Positions 34,734 through 46,900 of a stretch of 64,000 nt of DNA are shown here, in pieces (the first letter of the stretch is position 1; every line of letters starts with the position of its first letter). Below the pieces are notes generated by a model, which had not been told where the DNA came from, made no database searches, and saw only the letters and a program-made list of their open reading frames with translations. Source of the stretch: Octopus sinensis (Eukaryota); assembly GCF_006345805.1 (NCBI RefSeq), contig NW_021835993.1:295759-359758 (forward strand), written 5' to 3'. A program made the position numbers and the translations under genes.

Positions 34734-36690
34734 CAGGGGTGCGCAAGCTTTTTGGGTTTGCGGCCGCATAGCATTTTTTTCCTTCTCTTCCACGGCCGCA
34801 CACTTATTTTTTCGATATTAATATAGTAATTTTTTTAATTATTAAAAGTGACCGCATAAGTTGCCCATTGTCATCGAGACCGAATGAGTTCTTGGACAGG
34901 AAATGCTCTCGTTCATCAGGGACATCATATTATTAAAATAAATAATTATTTCATGGACAAAAGATAAGAAAGAAGGAAAATTAATTAAAAGAAATGTATT
35001 ATACAAGTTATTCTAATGACGGCCAGGATCTTTGGTATTTTTTGCGAGCTTATTGAAATGCACTGGTAGGGTAGATATCATTATGCGCAAACATGACTCT
35101 AAGTTTGCATCCGTTATCCGAGATCTATATTGACTTTTTAGATATTTCATTTTGGAAAATGTAGACTCACATAAATATGTGAGTGCATTTAACTGATTCC
35201 ATGATACATCTTTTCACAAGTTCGCCGTCTGAAAAAGGTTTTCCAGCAGATCCAAGGATATGAGCAACTCGAAAGGATGCTTCAACTCTTGCATTTGCCA
35301 CATTGCATGCTATCGTTGTCTGTTTCGACTACGAAGTATTCACTTTCCCAGTTGATATTAAATTTTCTTTTTTCTTCATTCAAAGAACGTCGTCTTTTAA
35401 CAGGTAAAGAACGTCGCCTTTTAATGACATAAATCAGCGGTTCTCAACCTTTTTTTAGACTGGGGACCACTTTTGCACTATAAAATTTTGTGGGGACCAC
35501 CTTAAATAAAATAAACATTTTTTGGTATTAGTGCACAATTTTTGGCCTCGTCAGGGCCAGACATGTTCGAATATTTATTATAACAATAACATGAACATTA
35601 TGAAAATAACAGAAAATTTAATAGTAATTTAGTGAGATTTCTGATCTTGTTTGCTCAGAATAATTTTACTTATATCAGGCTCTATGTTCGACAAAGCTAC
35701 TCGCATATCATCTTGTACCCGTAGTCTATTTCTATATTTTGTTTTTAGAAAAGTCAGACACGACATCGCCATTTCACAGTGATAAGTAGTGGGGAATGCA
35801 AGTATTGATTCCAATGCAGTTTTACTCAAAATGGGGAATTCTTTCGCCATCTGACACCTAACAATAAAAAGTAATTATTAATGAGAATACCAAAAATCTA
35901 ATAATGAAGTACATTTGAAAATAATCTGAGCAGACTGATTACATTGAAGTTCAATCAAGCTCTGCTGAAAATTGAGTTCCTGATATTCTTTAAATGAGGT
36001 CAAGAAAGGTTGAACGATCCAGTTTGGAATTGGGTCTTCAACAGGAAAATAATCATCAAATTTTGTCTTGAGATTTTCCAGATGTTTGATTATCAGACTT
36101 AGAAGAACATTATCCGGTGGGTTGTGTCCGAGATGATATTCAAGCATTGGGAACATTGATGTTATTCCTTTTTTTATTTTCATTATCCACAATAATAACT
36201 TTTTTTAAAAGCCATTATTATTTGATTGACCTCGACAATTGATATATAAAGACCTTTAAATAAATTAATAAAAATTTTACCCTGCATCGAAAATTCCTGG
36301 GGACCACTAAAAATTTTCTGGGGACCACGATTGAGAACCGCTTGATTAATTTCAATGTTTTTGATTTATACTTAATTGTACAATTAGTTTTAACTTTAAT
36401 ATATTTTTATTTTTCGAAAATTCCTAGGGACCACTAAAAATTTTCTGGGGACCACGGTTGAGAACCGCTGACATAAATAAATTAAGCCGTTTATGATAAT
36501 TACTTTTAATAAAGGTTAACCATTATATAAAAATAGAATTGTATTTATTATGAATATTTTTAATTATTATTTAGGGTTTTTCTTGATTAATTAACACTAT
36601 GAGCATTATATTTAAGATTAGTTGCTCGATGACCTAATTGTGCCCACGGCCGCACATTCATCGACTCACGGCCGCACTTGCGCACCCCTG
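34734..36690 (-). mobile_element. Non-autonomous hAT (SPIN/GTF2IRD2-like), heavily deleted, hosting a nested hAT
   Basis: TIR CAGGGGTGCGCAAG..CTTGCGCACCCCTG; perfect TSD CTTTAGAT; KRKFNINWESEYF, ASFRVAHILGSAGKPFSDGELVKRC, TYLCESTFSKMKYLKSQYRSRITD. Confidence 0.92.
35435..36470 (-). mobile_element. Nested non-autonomous hAT (Buster/ZBED8-like) with duplicated terminus and two micro-introns
   Basis: TIR CAGCGGTTCTCAAC..GTTGAGAACCGCTG; perfect TSD ACATAAAT; LDFW|CQMAKEFPILSK..FPTTYHCE..KTKYRNRL..SH; introns 35858-35890 and 36254-36280. Confidence 0.92.
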
Positions 36691-37316
36691 CTTTAGATAA
36701 TTCCAATTTCATTTGAATTTTATAAGAATTTGAACTGTCAACAAAAAAGAAGATTTGCAGTCTCCATAATTGTTTACTTTAGTAAAGAAGATTCCTATAT
36801 ATAATTCTCGGGTGTTAAGTCAAGGTAAGTTTACAAAAAAAAATATTATTAAAAAATCTAAAATGATGGAGGATATCAATAAATATTTTATTATCTTGTG
36901 GCAAGTGCGGACCTATTTTAGAAATAAAAAATTCTTAGATGACTGATTATTAGTACAAGGAAATAAACAACACCACCAAGCGATTCTGTTTTGACGAAAT
37001 AGAAAAATTTTATCAGATATATCAATTGGCTGACGATAATTGCCGACTATCTAAAAAATTAATTTGGACTTGTATCAGTTACCTCTAAGGTGGAAAAATG
37101 TCGTTACATTTCTTAATCAAAAAGTAAATCTTATTAAGAAAACAGTAATTTTGTAGATCGAACAGAAGAGAAAAACCAACATGTACATAAACGAATAATT
37201 CATGCATTTTAAATATAGAGCAAGAACACTCGAAGAGATTAAGGACGGATCGTAATGACTCGTGACTATTAAAAGAGAGGGCGGGATTTTATTATTACCG
37301 ATGAACGATATTATAA

Positions 37317-37431
37317 ATGTCAAGTGTCGATATGTCAATGTGTGGTCCACCTGGAAAAAAAAACAATATAATCGACAATATACAAGGAATTACTAACCCT
37401 GCAATTAGAAGACTATGTCGAAGAAAAGGTG
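37317..37431 (+). pseudogene. Truncated, divergent histone H4-like gene
   Basis: MSSVDMSMCGPPGKKNNII-DNIQGITNPAIRRLCRRKG vs H4 DNIQGITKPAIRRLARRGG; homology stops at 37431 where LINE-like sequence begins. Confidence 0.8.
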
Positions 37432-37979
37432 ATTCAGGTAGCCCGTGTGGACGGCTGGGGTACCGTGGGGAAACCGAAACGTGTTCCTAGCAGTCCCGTC
37501 TCTAATATTCTAGGCACTGGGTATGTGTCTGCGGAGGTGGATGCAAACCCAGGACAGCGTTAGTCCTGCGGTGCAGTTATGTGTGCGCACACTAAAATTC
37601 TGTAGGGAGATGAGGTGCAGTGTAAAGGATATGCTACTCTTCTGAGAACAAGATGATTTTTGGGGAGGATCCATGTGAATTCCTCCAAGTGAAGATTCGC
37701 ATAGGTAACTTTACATTTTACCTAGTTGCGATGAATTCGAGAACTTTACGGCGTATTCCGGCACGTACGGGAGTTCTTTAGAAAACATCCGAAGGCGACG
37801 ATTGTTGGGGAGCTGAATGCCAAGCACCTATAGTTTGGTTTCAGTATTAGAGACTGGCTAGGGCTTGCTCTGGACAGCCATAGAATGCTAAATTGGGTTA
37901 GTAAAACAATTTTATTCCACGATATTGGGAGCGACCATTGTGTCTTGATCTGTGTGTGGAACCCAAGAAATCGGTATTC
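37432..37979 (+). mobile_element. LINE (jockey/I-like) APE endonuclease fragment abutting the satellite
   Basis: KATIVGELNAKH (GDxNAxH motif) and DIGSDHCVL (SDH motif); stops and deletions; 5' boundary approximate. Confidence 0.65.
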
Positions 37980-40900
37980 CTGAGTATGGATCTTTATAAT
38001 TACGCAAATCTTGTCGAAAATTTTAAAACGCAAGAATAGAGTAGATAAAAAGGTTTTAGACGAGCTGTAAAAAGCGCATATTATCGAGAAATATTTAAAA
38101 CTGATCCCCTGAAAAAACGAGCTCGATTGATATCACACACGTGGAGAACTGAGTAAGGATCTTTATAATTACGCAAATCTTGTTGAAAATTTTAAAACGC
38201 AAGAATAGAGTAATAAAAAGATTTTAGACGAGCTGTAAAAAGCGCATATTATCGAGAAATATTTAAAACTGATCCCCTGAAAAAACGAGCTCGATTGATA
38301 TCACACACGTGGAGAACTGAGTAAGGATCTTTATAATTACGCAAATCTTGTTGAAAATTTTAAAACGCAAGAATAGAGTAATAAAAAGGTTTTAGACGAG
38401 CTGTAAAAAGCGCATATTATCGAGAAATATTTAAAACTGATCCCCTGAAAAAACGAGCTCGATTGATATCACACACGTGGAGAACTGAGTAGGGATCTTT
38501 ATAATTACGCAAATCTTGTTGAAAATTTTAAAACGCAAGAATAGAGTAGATAAAAAGGTTTTAGACGAGCTGTAAAAAGCGCATATTATCGAGAAATATT
38601 TAAAACTGATCCCCTGAAAAAACGAGCTCGATTAATATCACACACGTGGAGAACTGAGTAAGGATCTTTATAATTACGCAAATCTTGTTGAAAATTTTAA
38701 AACGCAAGAATAGAGTAATAAAAAGGTTTTAGACGAGCTGTAAAAAGCGCATATTATCGAGAAATATTTCAAACTGATCCCCTGAAAAAATGAGCTCGAT
38801 TGATATCACACACGTGGAGAACTGAGTAAGGATCTTTATAATTACGCAAATCTTGCTGAAAATTTTAAAACGCAGAATAGAGTAGATAAAAAGGTTTTAG
38901 ACGAGCTGTAAAAAGCGCATATTATCGAGAAATATTTCAAACTGATCCCCTGAAAAAATGAGCTCGATTGATATCACACACGTGGAGAACTGAGTAGGAT
39001 CTTTATAATTACGCAAATCTTGCTGAAAATTTTAAAACGCCAGAATAGAGTAGATAAAAAGGTTTTAGACGAGCTGTAAAAAGCGCATATTATCCAGAAA
39101 TATTTCAAACTGATCCCCTGAAAAAATGAGCTCGATTGATATCACACACGTGGAGAACTGAGTAGGGATCTTTATAATTACGCAAATCTTGCTGAAAATT
39201 TTAAAACGCCAGAATAGAGTAGATAAAAAGGTTTTAGACGAGCTGTAAAAAGCGCATATTATCCAGAAATATTTCAAACTGATCCCCTGAAAAAATGAGC
39301 TCGATTGATATCACACACGTGGAGAACTGAGTAGGGATCTTTATAATTACGCAAATCTTGCTGAAAATTTTAAAACGCCAGAATAGAGTAGATAAAAAGG
39401 TTTTAGACGAGCTGTAAAAAGCGCATATTATCCAGAAATATTTCAAACTGATCCCCTGAAAAAATGAGCTCGATTGATATCACACACGTGGAGAACTGAG
39501 TAGGGATCTTTATAATTACGCAAATCTTGCTGAAAATTTTAAAACGCCAGAATAGAGTAGATAAAAAGGTTTTAGACGAGCTGTAAAAAGCGCATATTAT
39601 CCAGAAATATTTCAAACTGATCCCCTGAAAAAATGAGCTCGATTGATATCACACACGTGGAGAACTGAGTAGGGATCTTTATAATTACGCAAATCTTGCT
39701 GAAAATTTTAAAACGCCAGAATAGAGTAGATAAAAAGGTTTTAGACGAGCTGTAAAAAGCGCATATTATCCAGAAATATTTCAAACTGATCCCCTGAAAA
39801 AATGAGCTCGATTGATATCACACACGTGGAGAACTGAGTAGGGATCTTTATAATTACGCAAATCTTGCTGAAAATTTTAAAACGCCAGAATAGAGTAGAT
39901 AAAAAGGTTTTAGACGAGCTGTAAAAAGCGCATATTATCCAGAAATATTTCAAACTGATCCCCTGAAAAAATGAGCTCGATTGATATCACACACGTGGAG
40001 AACTGAGTAGGGATCTTTATAATTACGCAAATCTTGCTGAAAATTTTAAAACGCCAGAATAGAGTAGATAAAAAGGTTTTAGACGAGCTGTAAAAAGCGC
40101 ATATTATCCAGAAATATTTCAAACTGATCCCCTGAAAAAATGAGCTCGATTGATATCACACACGTGGAGAACTGAGTAGGGATCTTTATAATTACGCAAA
40201 TCTTGCTGAAAATTTTAAAACGCCAGAATAGAGTAGATAAAAAGGTTTTAGACGAGCTGTAAAAAGCGCATATATCCAGAAATATTTCAAACTGATCCCC
40301 TGAAAAAATGAGCTCGATTGATATCACACACGTGGAGAACTGAGTAGGGATCTTTATAATTACGCAAATCTTGCTGAAAATTTTAAAACGCCAGAATAGA
40401 GTAGATAAAAAGGTTTTAGACGAGCTGTAAAAAGCGCATATTCCAGAAATATTTCAAACTGATCCCCTGAAAAAATGAGCTCGATTGATATCACACACGT
40501 GGAGAACTGAGTAGGGATCTTTATAATTACGCAAATCTTGCTGAAAATTTTAAAACGCCAGAATAGAGTAGATAAAAAGGTTTTAGACGAGCTGTAAAAA
40601 GCGCATATTATCCAGAAATATTTCAAACTGATCCCCTGAAAAAATGAGCTCGATTGATATCACACACGTGGAGAACTGAGTAGGGATCTTTATAATTACG
40701 CAAATCTTGCTGAAAATTTTAAAACGCCAGAATAGAGTAGATAAAAAGGTTTTAGACGAGCTGTAAAAAGCGCATATTATCCAGAAATATTTCAAACTGA
40801 TCCCCTGAAAAAAAGCTCGATTGATATCACACACGTGGAGAACTGAGTAGGGATCTTTATAATTACGCAAATCTTGCTGAAAATTTTAAAACGCCAGAAT

Positions 40901-43900
40901 AGAGTAGATAAAAAGGTTTTAGACGAGCTGTAAAAAGCGCATATTATCCAGAAATATTTCAAACTGATCCCCTGAAAAAATGAGCTCGATTGATATCACA
41001 CACGTGGAGAACTGAGTAGGGATCTTTATAATTACGCAAATCTTGCTGAAAATTTTAAAACGCCAGAATAGAGTAGATAAAAAGGTTTTAGACGAGCTGT
41101 AAAAAGCGCATATTATCCAGAAATATTTCAAACTGATCCCCTGAAAAAATGAGCTCGATTGATATCACACACGTGGAGAACTGAGTAGGGATCTTTATAA
41201 TTACGCAAATCTTGCTGAAAATTTTAAAACGCCAGAATAGAGTAGATAAAAAGGTTTTAGACGAGCTGTAAAAAGCGCATATTATCCAGAAATATTTCAA
41301 ACTGATCCCCTGAAAAAATGAGCTCGATTGATATCACACACGTGGAGAACTGAGTAGGGATCTTTATAATTACGCAAATCTTGCTGAAAATTTTAAAACG
41401 CCAGAATAGAGTATATAAAAAGGTTTTAGACGAGCTGTAAAAAGCGCATATTATCCAGAAATATTTCAAACTGATCCCCTGAAAAAATGAGCTCGATTGA
41501 TATCACACACGTGGAGAACTGAGTAGGGATCTTTATAATTACGCAAATCTTGCTGAAAATTTTAAAACGCCAGAATAGAGTAGATAAAAAGGTTTTAGAC
41601 GAGCTGTAAAAAGCGCATATTATCCAGAAATATTTCAAACTGATCCCCTGAAAAAATGAGCTCGATTGATATCACACACGTGGAGAACTGAGTAGGGATC
41701 TTTATAATTACGCAAATCTTGCTGAAAATTTTAAAACGCCAGAATAGAGTAGATAAAAAGGTTTTAGACGAGCTGTAAAAAGCGCATATTATCCAGAAAT
41801 ATTTCAAACTGATCCCCTGAAAAAATGAGCTCGATTGATATCACACACGTGGAGAACTGAGTAGGGATCTTTATAATTACGCAAATCTTGCTGAAAATTT
41901 TAAAACGCCAGAATAGAGTAGATAAAAAGGTTTTAGACGAGCTGTAAAAAGCGCATATTATCCAGAAATATTTCAAACTGATCCCCTGAAAAAATGAGCT
42001 CGATTGATATCACACACGTGGAGAACTGAGTAGGGATCTTTATAATTACGCAAATCTTGCTGAAAATTTTAAAACGCCAGAATAGAGTAGATAAAAAGGT
42101 TTTAGACGAGCTGTAAAAAGCGCATATTATCCAGAAATATTTCAAACTGATCCCCTGAAAAAATGAGCTCGATTGATATCACACACGTGGAGAACTGAGT
42201 AGGGATCTTTATAATTACGCAAATCTTGCTGAAAATTTTAAAACGCCAGAATAGAGTAGATAAAAAGGTTTTAGACGAGCTGTAAAAAGCGCATATTATC
42301 CAGAAATATTTCAAACTGATCCCCTGAAAAAATGAGCTCGATTGATATCACACACGTGGAGAACTGAGTAGGGATCTTTATAATTACGCAAATCTTGCTG
42401 AAAATTTTAAAACGCCAGAATAGAGTAGATAAAAAGGTTTTAGACGAGCTGTAAAAAGCGCATATTATCCAGAAATATTTCAAACTGATCCCCTGAAAAA
42501 ATGAGCTCGATTGATATCACACACGTGGAGAACTGAGTAGGGATCTTTATAATTACGCAAATCTTGCTGAAAATTTTAAAACGCCAGAATAGAGTAGATA
42601 AAAAGGTTTTAGACGAGCTGTAAAAAGCGCATATTATCCAGAAATATTTCAAACTGATCCCCTGAAAAAATGAGCTCGATTGATATCACACACGTGGAGA
42701 ACTGAGTAGGGATCTTTATAATTACGCAAATCTTGCTGAAAATTTTAAAACGCCAGAATAGAGTAGATAAAAAGGTTTTAGACGAGCTGTAAAAAGCGCA
42801 TATTATCCAGAAATATTTCAAACTGATCCCCTGAAAAAATGAGCTCGATTGATATCACACACGTGGAGAACTGAGTAGGGATCTTTATAATTACGCAAAT
42901 CTTGCTGAAAATTTTAAAACGCCAGAATAGAGTAGATAAAAAGGTTTTAGACGAGCTGTAAAAAGCGCATATTATCCAGAAATATTTCAAACTGATCCCC
43001 TGAAAAAATGAGCTCGATTGATATCACACACGTGGAGAACTGAGTAGGGATCTTTATAATTACGCAAATCTTGCTGAAAATTTTAAAACGCCAGAATAGA
43101 GTAGATAAAAAGGTTTTAGACGAGCTGTAAAAAGCGCATATTATCCAGAAATATTTCAAACTGATCCCCTGAAAAAATGAGCTCGATTGATATCACACAC
43201 GTGGAGAACTGAGTAGGGATCTTTATAATTACGCAAATCTTGCTGAAAATTTTAAAACGCCAGAATAGAGTAGATAAAAAGGTTTTAGACGAGCTGTAAA
43301 AAGCGCATATTATCCAGAAATATTTCAAACTGATCCCCTGAAAAAATGAGCTCGATTGATATCACACACGTGGAGAACTGAGTAGGGATCTTTATAATTA
43401 CGCAAATCTTGCTGAAAATTTTAAAACGCCAGAATAGAGTAGATAAAAAGGTTTTAGACGAGCTGTAAAAAGCGCATATTATCCAGAAATATTTCAAACT
43501 GATCCCCTGAAAAAATGAGCTCGATTGATATCACACACGTGGAGAACTGAGTAGGGATCTTTATAATTACGCAAATCTTGCTGAAAATTTTAAAACGCCA
43601 GAATAGAGTAGATAAAAAGGTTTTAGACGAGCTGTAAAAAGCGCATATTATCCAGAAATATTTCAAACTGATCCCCTGAAAAAATGAGCTCGATTGATAT
43701 CACACACGTGGAGAACTGAGTAGGGATCTTTATAATTACGCAAATCTTGCTGAAAATTTTAAAACGCCAGAATAGAGTAGATAAAAAGGTTTTAGACGAG
43801 CTGTAAAAAGCGCATATTATCCAGAAATATTTCAAACTGATCCCCTGAAAAATGAGCTCGATTGATATCACACACGTGGAGAACTGAGTAGGGATCTTTA

Positions 43901-46900
43901 TAATTACGCAAATCTTGCTGAAAATTTTAAAACGCCAGAATAGAGTAGATAAAAAGGTTTTAGACGAGCTGTAAAAAGCGCATATTAATCCAGAAATATT
44001 TCAAACTGATCCCCTGAAAAATGAGCTCGATTGATATCACACACGTGGAGAACTGAGTAGGGATCTTTATATTACGCAAATCTTGCTGAAAATTTTAAAA
44101 CGCCAGAATAGAGTAGATAAAAAGGTTTTAGACGAGCTGTAAAAAGCGCATATTATCCAGAAATATTTCAAACTGATCCCCTGAAAAAATGAGCTCGATT
44201 GATATCACACACGTGGAGAACTGAGTAGGGATCTTTATAATTACGCAAATCTTGCTGAAAATTTTAAAACGCCAGAATAGAGTAGATAAAAAGGTTTTAG
44301 ACGAGCTGTAAAAAGCGCATATTATCCAGAAATATTTCAAACTGATCCCCTGAAAAATGAGCTCGATTGATATCACACACGTGGAGAACTGAGTAGGGAT
44401 CTTTATAATTACGCAAATCTTGCTGAAAATTTTAAAACGCCAGAATAGAGTAGATAAAAAGGTTTTAGACGAGCTGTAAAAAGCGCATATTATCCAGAAA
44501 TATTTCAAACTGATCCCCTGAAAAAATGAGCTCGATTGATATCACACACGTGGAGAACTGAGTAGGGATCTTTATAATTACGCAAATCTTGCTGAAAATT
44601 TTAAAACGCCAGAATAGAGTAGATAAAAAGGTTTAGACGAGCTGTAAAAAGCGCATATTATCCAGAAATATTTCAAACTGATCCCCTGAAAAAATGAGCT
44701 CGATTGATATCACACACGTGGAGAACTGAGTAGGGATCTTTATAATTACGCAAATCTTGCTGAAAATTTTAAAACGCCAGAATAGAGTAGATAAAAAGGT
44801 TTTAGACGAGCTGTAAAAAGCGCATATTATCCAGAAATATTTCAAACTGATCCCCTGAAAAAATGAGCTCGATTGATATCACACACGTGGAGAACTGAGT
44901 AGGGATCTTTATAATTACGCAAATCTTGCTGAAAATTTTAAAACGCCAGAATAGAGTATATAAAAAGGATTTAGACGAGCTGTAAAAAGCGCATATTATC
45001 CAGAAATATTTCAAACTGATCCCCTGAAAAAATGAGCTCGATTGATATCACACACGTGGAGAACTGAGTAGGGATCTTTATAATTACGCAAATCTTGCTG
45101 AAAATTTTAAAACGCCAGAATAGAGTAGATAAAAAGGTTTTAGACGAGCTGTAAAAAGCGCATATTATCCAGAAATATTTCAAACTGATCCCTGAAAAAA
45201 TGAGCTCGATTGATATCACACACGTGGAGAACTGAGTAGGGATCTTTATAATTACGCAAATCTTGCTGAAAATTTTAAAACGCCAGAATAGAGTATATAA
45301 AAAGGTTTTAGACGAGCTGTAAAAAGCGCATATTATCCAGAAATATTTCAAACTGATCCCCTGAAAAATGAGCTCGATTGATATCACACACGTGGAGAAC
45401 TGAGTAGGGATCTTTATAATTACGCAAATCTTGCTGAAAATTTTAAAACGCCAGAATAGAGTATATAAAAAGTTTTAGACGAGCTGTAAAAAGCGCATAT
45501 TATCCAGAAATATTTCAAACTGATCCCCTGAAAAAATGAGCTCGATTGATATCACACACGTGGAGAACTGAGTAGGGATCTTTATAATTACGCAAATCTT
45601 GCTGAAAATTTTAAAACGCCAGAATAGAGTAGATAAAAAGGTTTTAGACGAGCTGTAAAAAGCGCATATTATCCAGAAATATTTCAAACTGATCCCCTGA
45701 AAAAATGAGCTCGATTGATATCACACACGTGGAGAACTGAGTAGGGATCTTTATAATTACGCAAATCTTGCTGAAAATTTTAAAACGCCAGAATAGAGTA
45801 GATAAAAGGTTTTAGACGAGCTGTAAAAAGCGCATATTATCCAGAAATATTTCAAACTGATCCCCTGAAAAAATGAGCTCGATTGATATCACACACGTGG
45901 AGAACTGAGTAGGGATCTTTATAATTACGCAAATCTTGCTGAAAATTTTAAAACGCCAGAATAGAGTAGATAAAAAGGTTTTAGACGAGCTGTAAAAAGC
46001 GCATATTATCCAGAAATATTTCAAACTGATCCCCTGAAAAAATGAGCTCGATTGATATCACACACGTGAGAGAACTGAGTAGGGATCTTTATAATTACGC
46101 AAATCTTGCTGAAAATTTTAAAACGCCAGAATAGAGTAGATAAAAAGGTTTTAGACGAGCTGTAAAAAGCGCATATTATCCAGAAATATTTCAAACTGAT
46201 CCCCTGAAAAAATGAGCTCGATTGATATCACACACGTGGAGAACTGAGTAGGGATCTTTATAATTACGCAAATCTTGCTGAAAATTTTAAAACGCCAGAA
46301 TAGAGTAGATAAAAAGGTTTAGACGAGCTGTAAAAAGCGCATATTATCCAGAAATATTTCAAACTGATCCCCTGAAAAAATGAGCTCGATTGATATCACA
46401 CACGTGGAGAACTGAGTAGGGATCTTTATAATTACGCAAATCTTGCTGAAAATTTTAAAACGCCAGAATAGAGTAGATAAAAAGGTTTAGACGAGCTGTA
46501 AAAAGCGCATATTATCCAGAAATATTTCAAACTGATCCCCTGAAAAAATGAGCTCGATTGATATCACACACGTGGAGAACTGAGTAGGGATCTTTATAAT
46601 TACGCAAATCTTGCTGAAAATTTTAAAAAGCCAGAATAGAGTAGATAAAAAGGTTTTAGACGAGCTGTAAAAAGCGCATATTATCCAGAAATATTTCAAA
46701 CTGATCCCCTGAAAAAATGAGCTCGATTGATATCACACACGTGGAGAACTGAGTAGGGATCTTTATAATTACGCAAATCTTGCTGAAAATTTTAAAACGC
46801 CAGAATAGAGTAGATAAAAAGGTTTTAGACGAGCTGTAAAAAGCGCATATTATCCAGAAATATTTCAAACTGATCCCCTGAAAAAATGAGCTCGATTGAT

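Noticed and set aside
36860-37115. Possible BTB-domain gene relic
   Set aside because: Only vague similarity, with several stops and frameshifts; not supportable by eye.
37432-37640. GC-richer stretch resembling rRNA or structured RNA
   Set aside because: No conserved rRNA motifs recognised; it is contiguous with the LINE endonuclease fragment.
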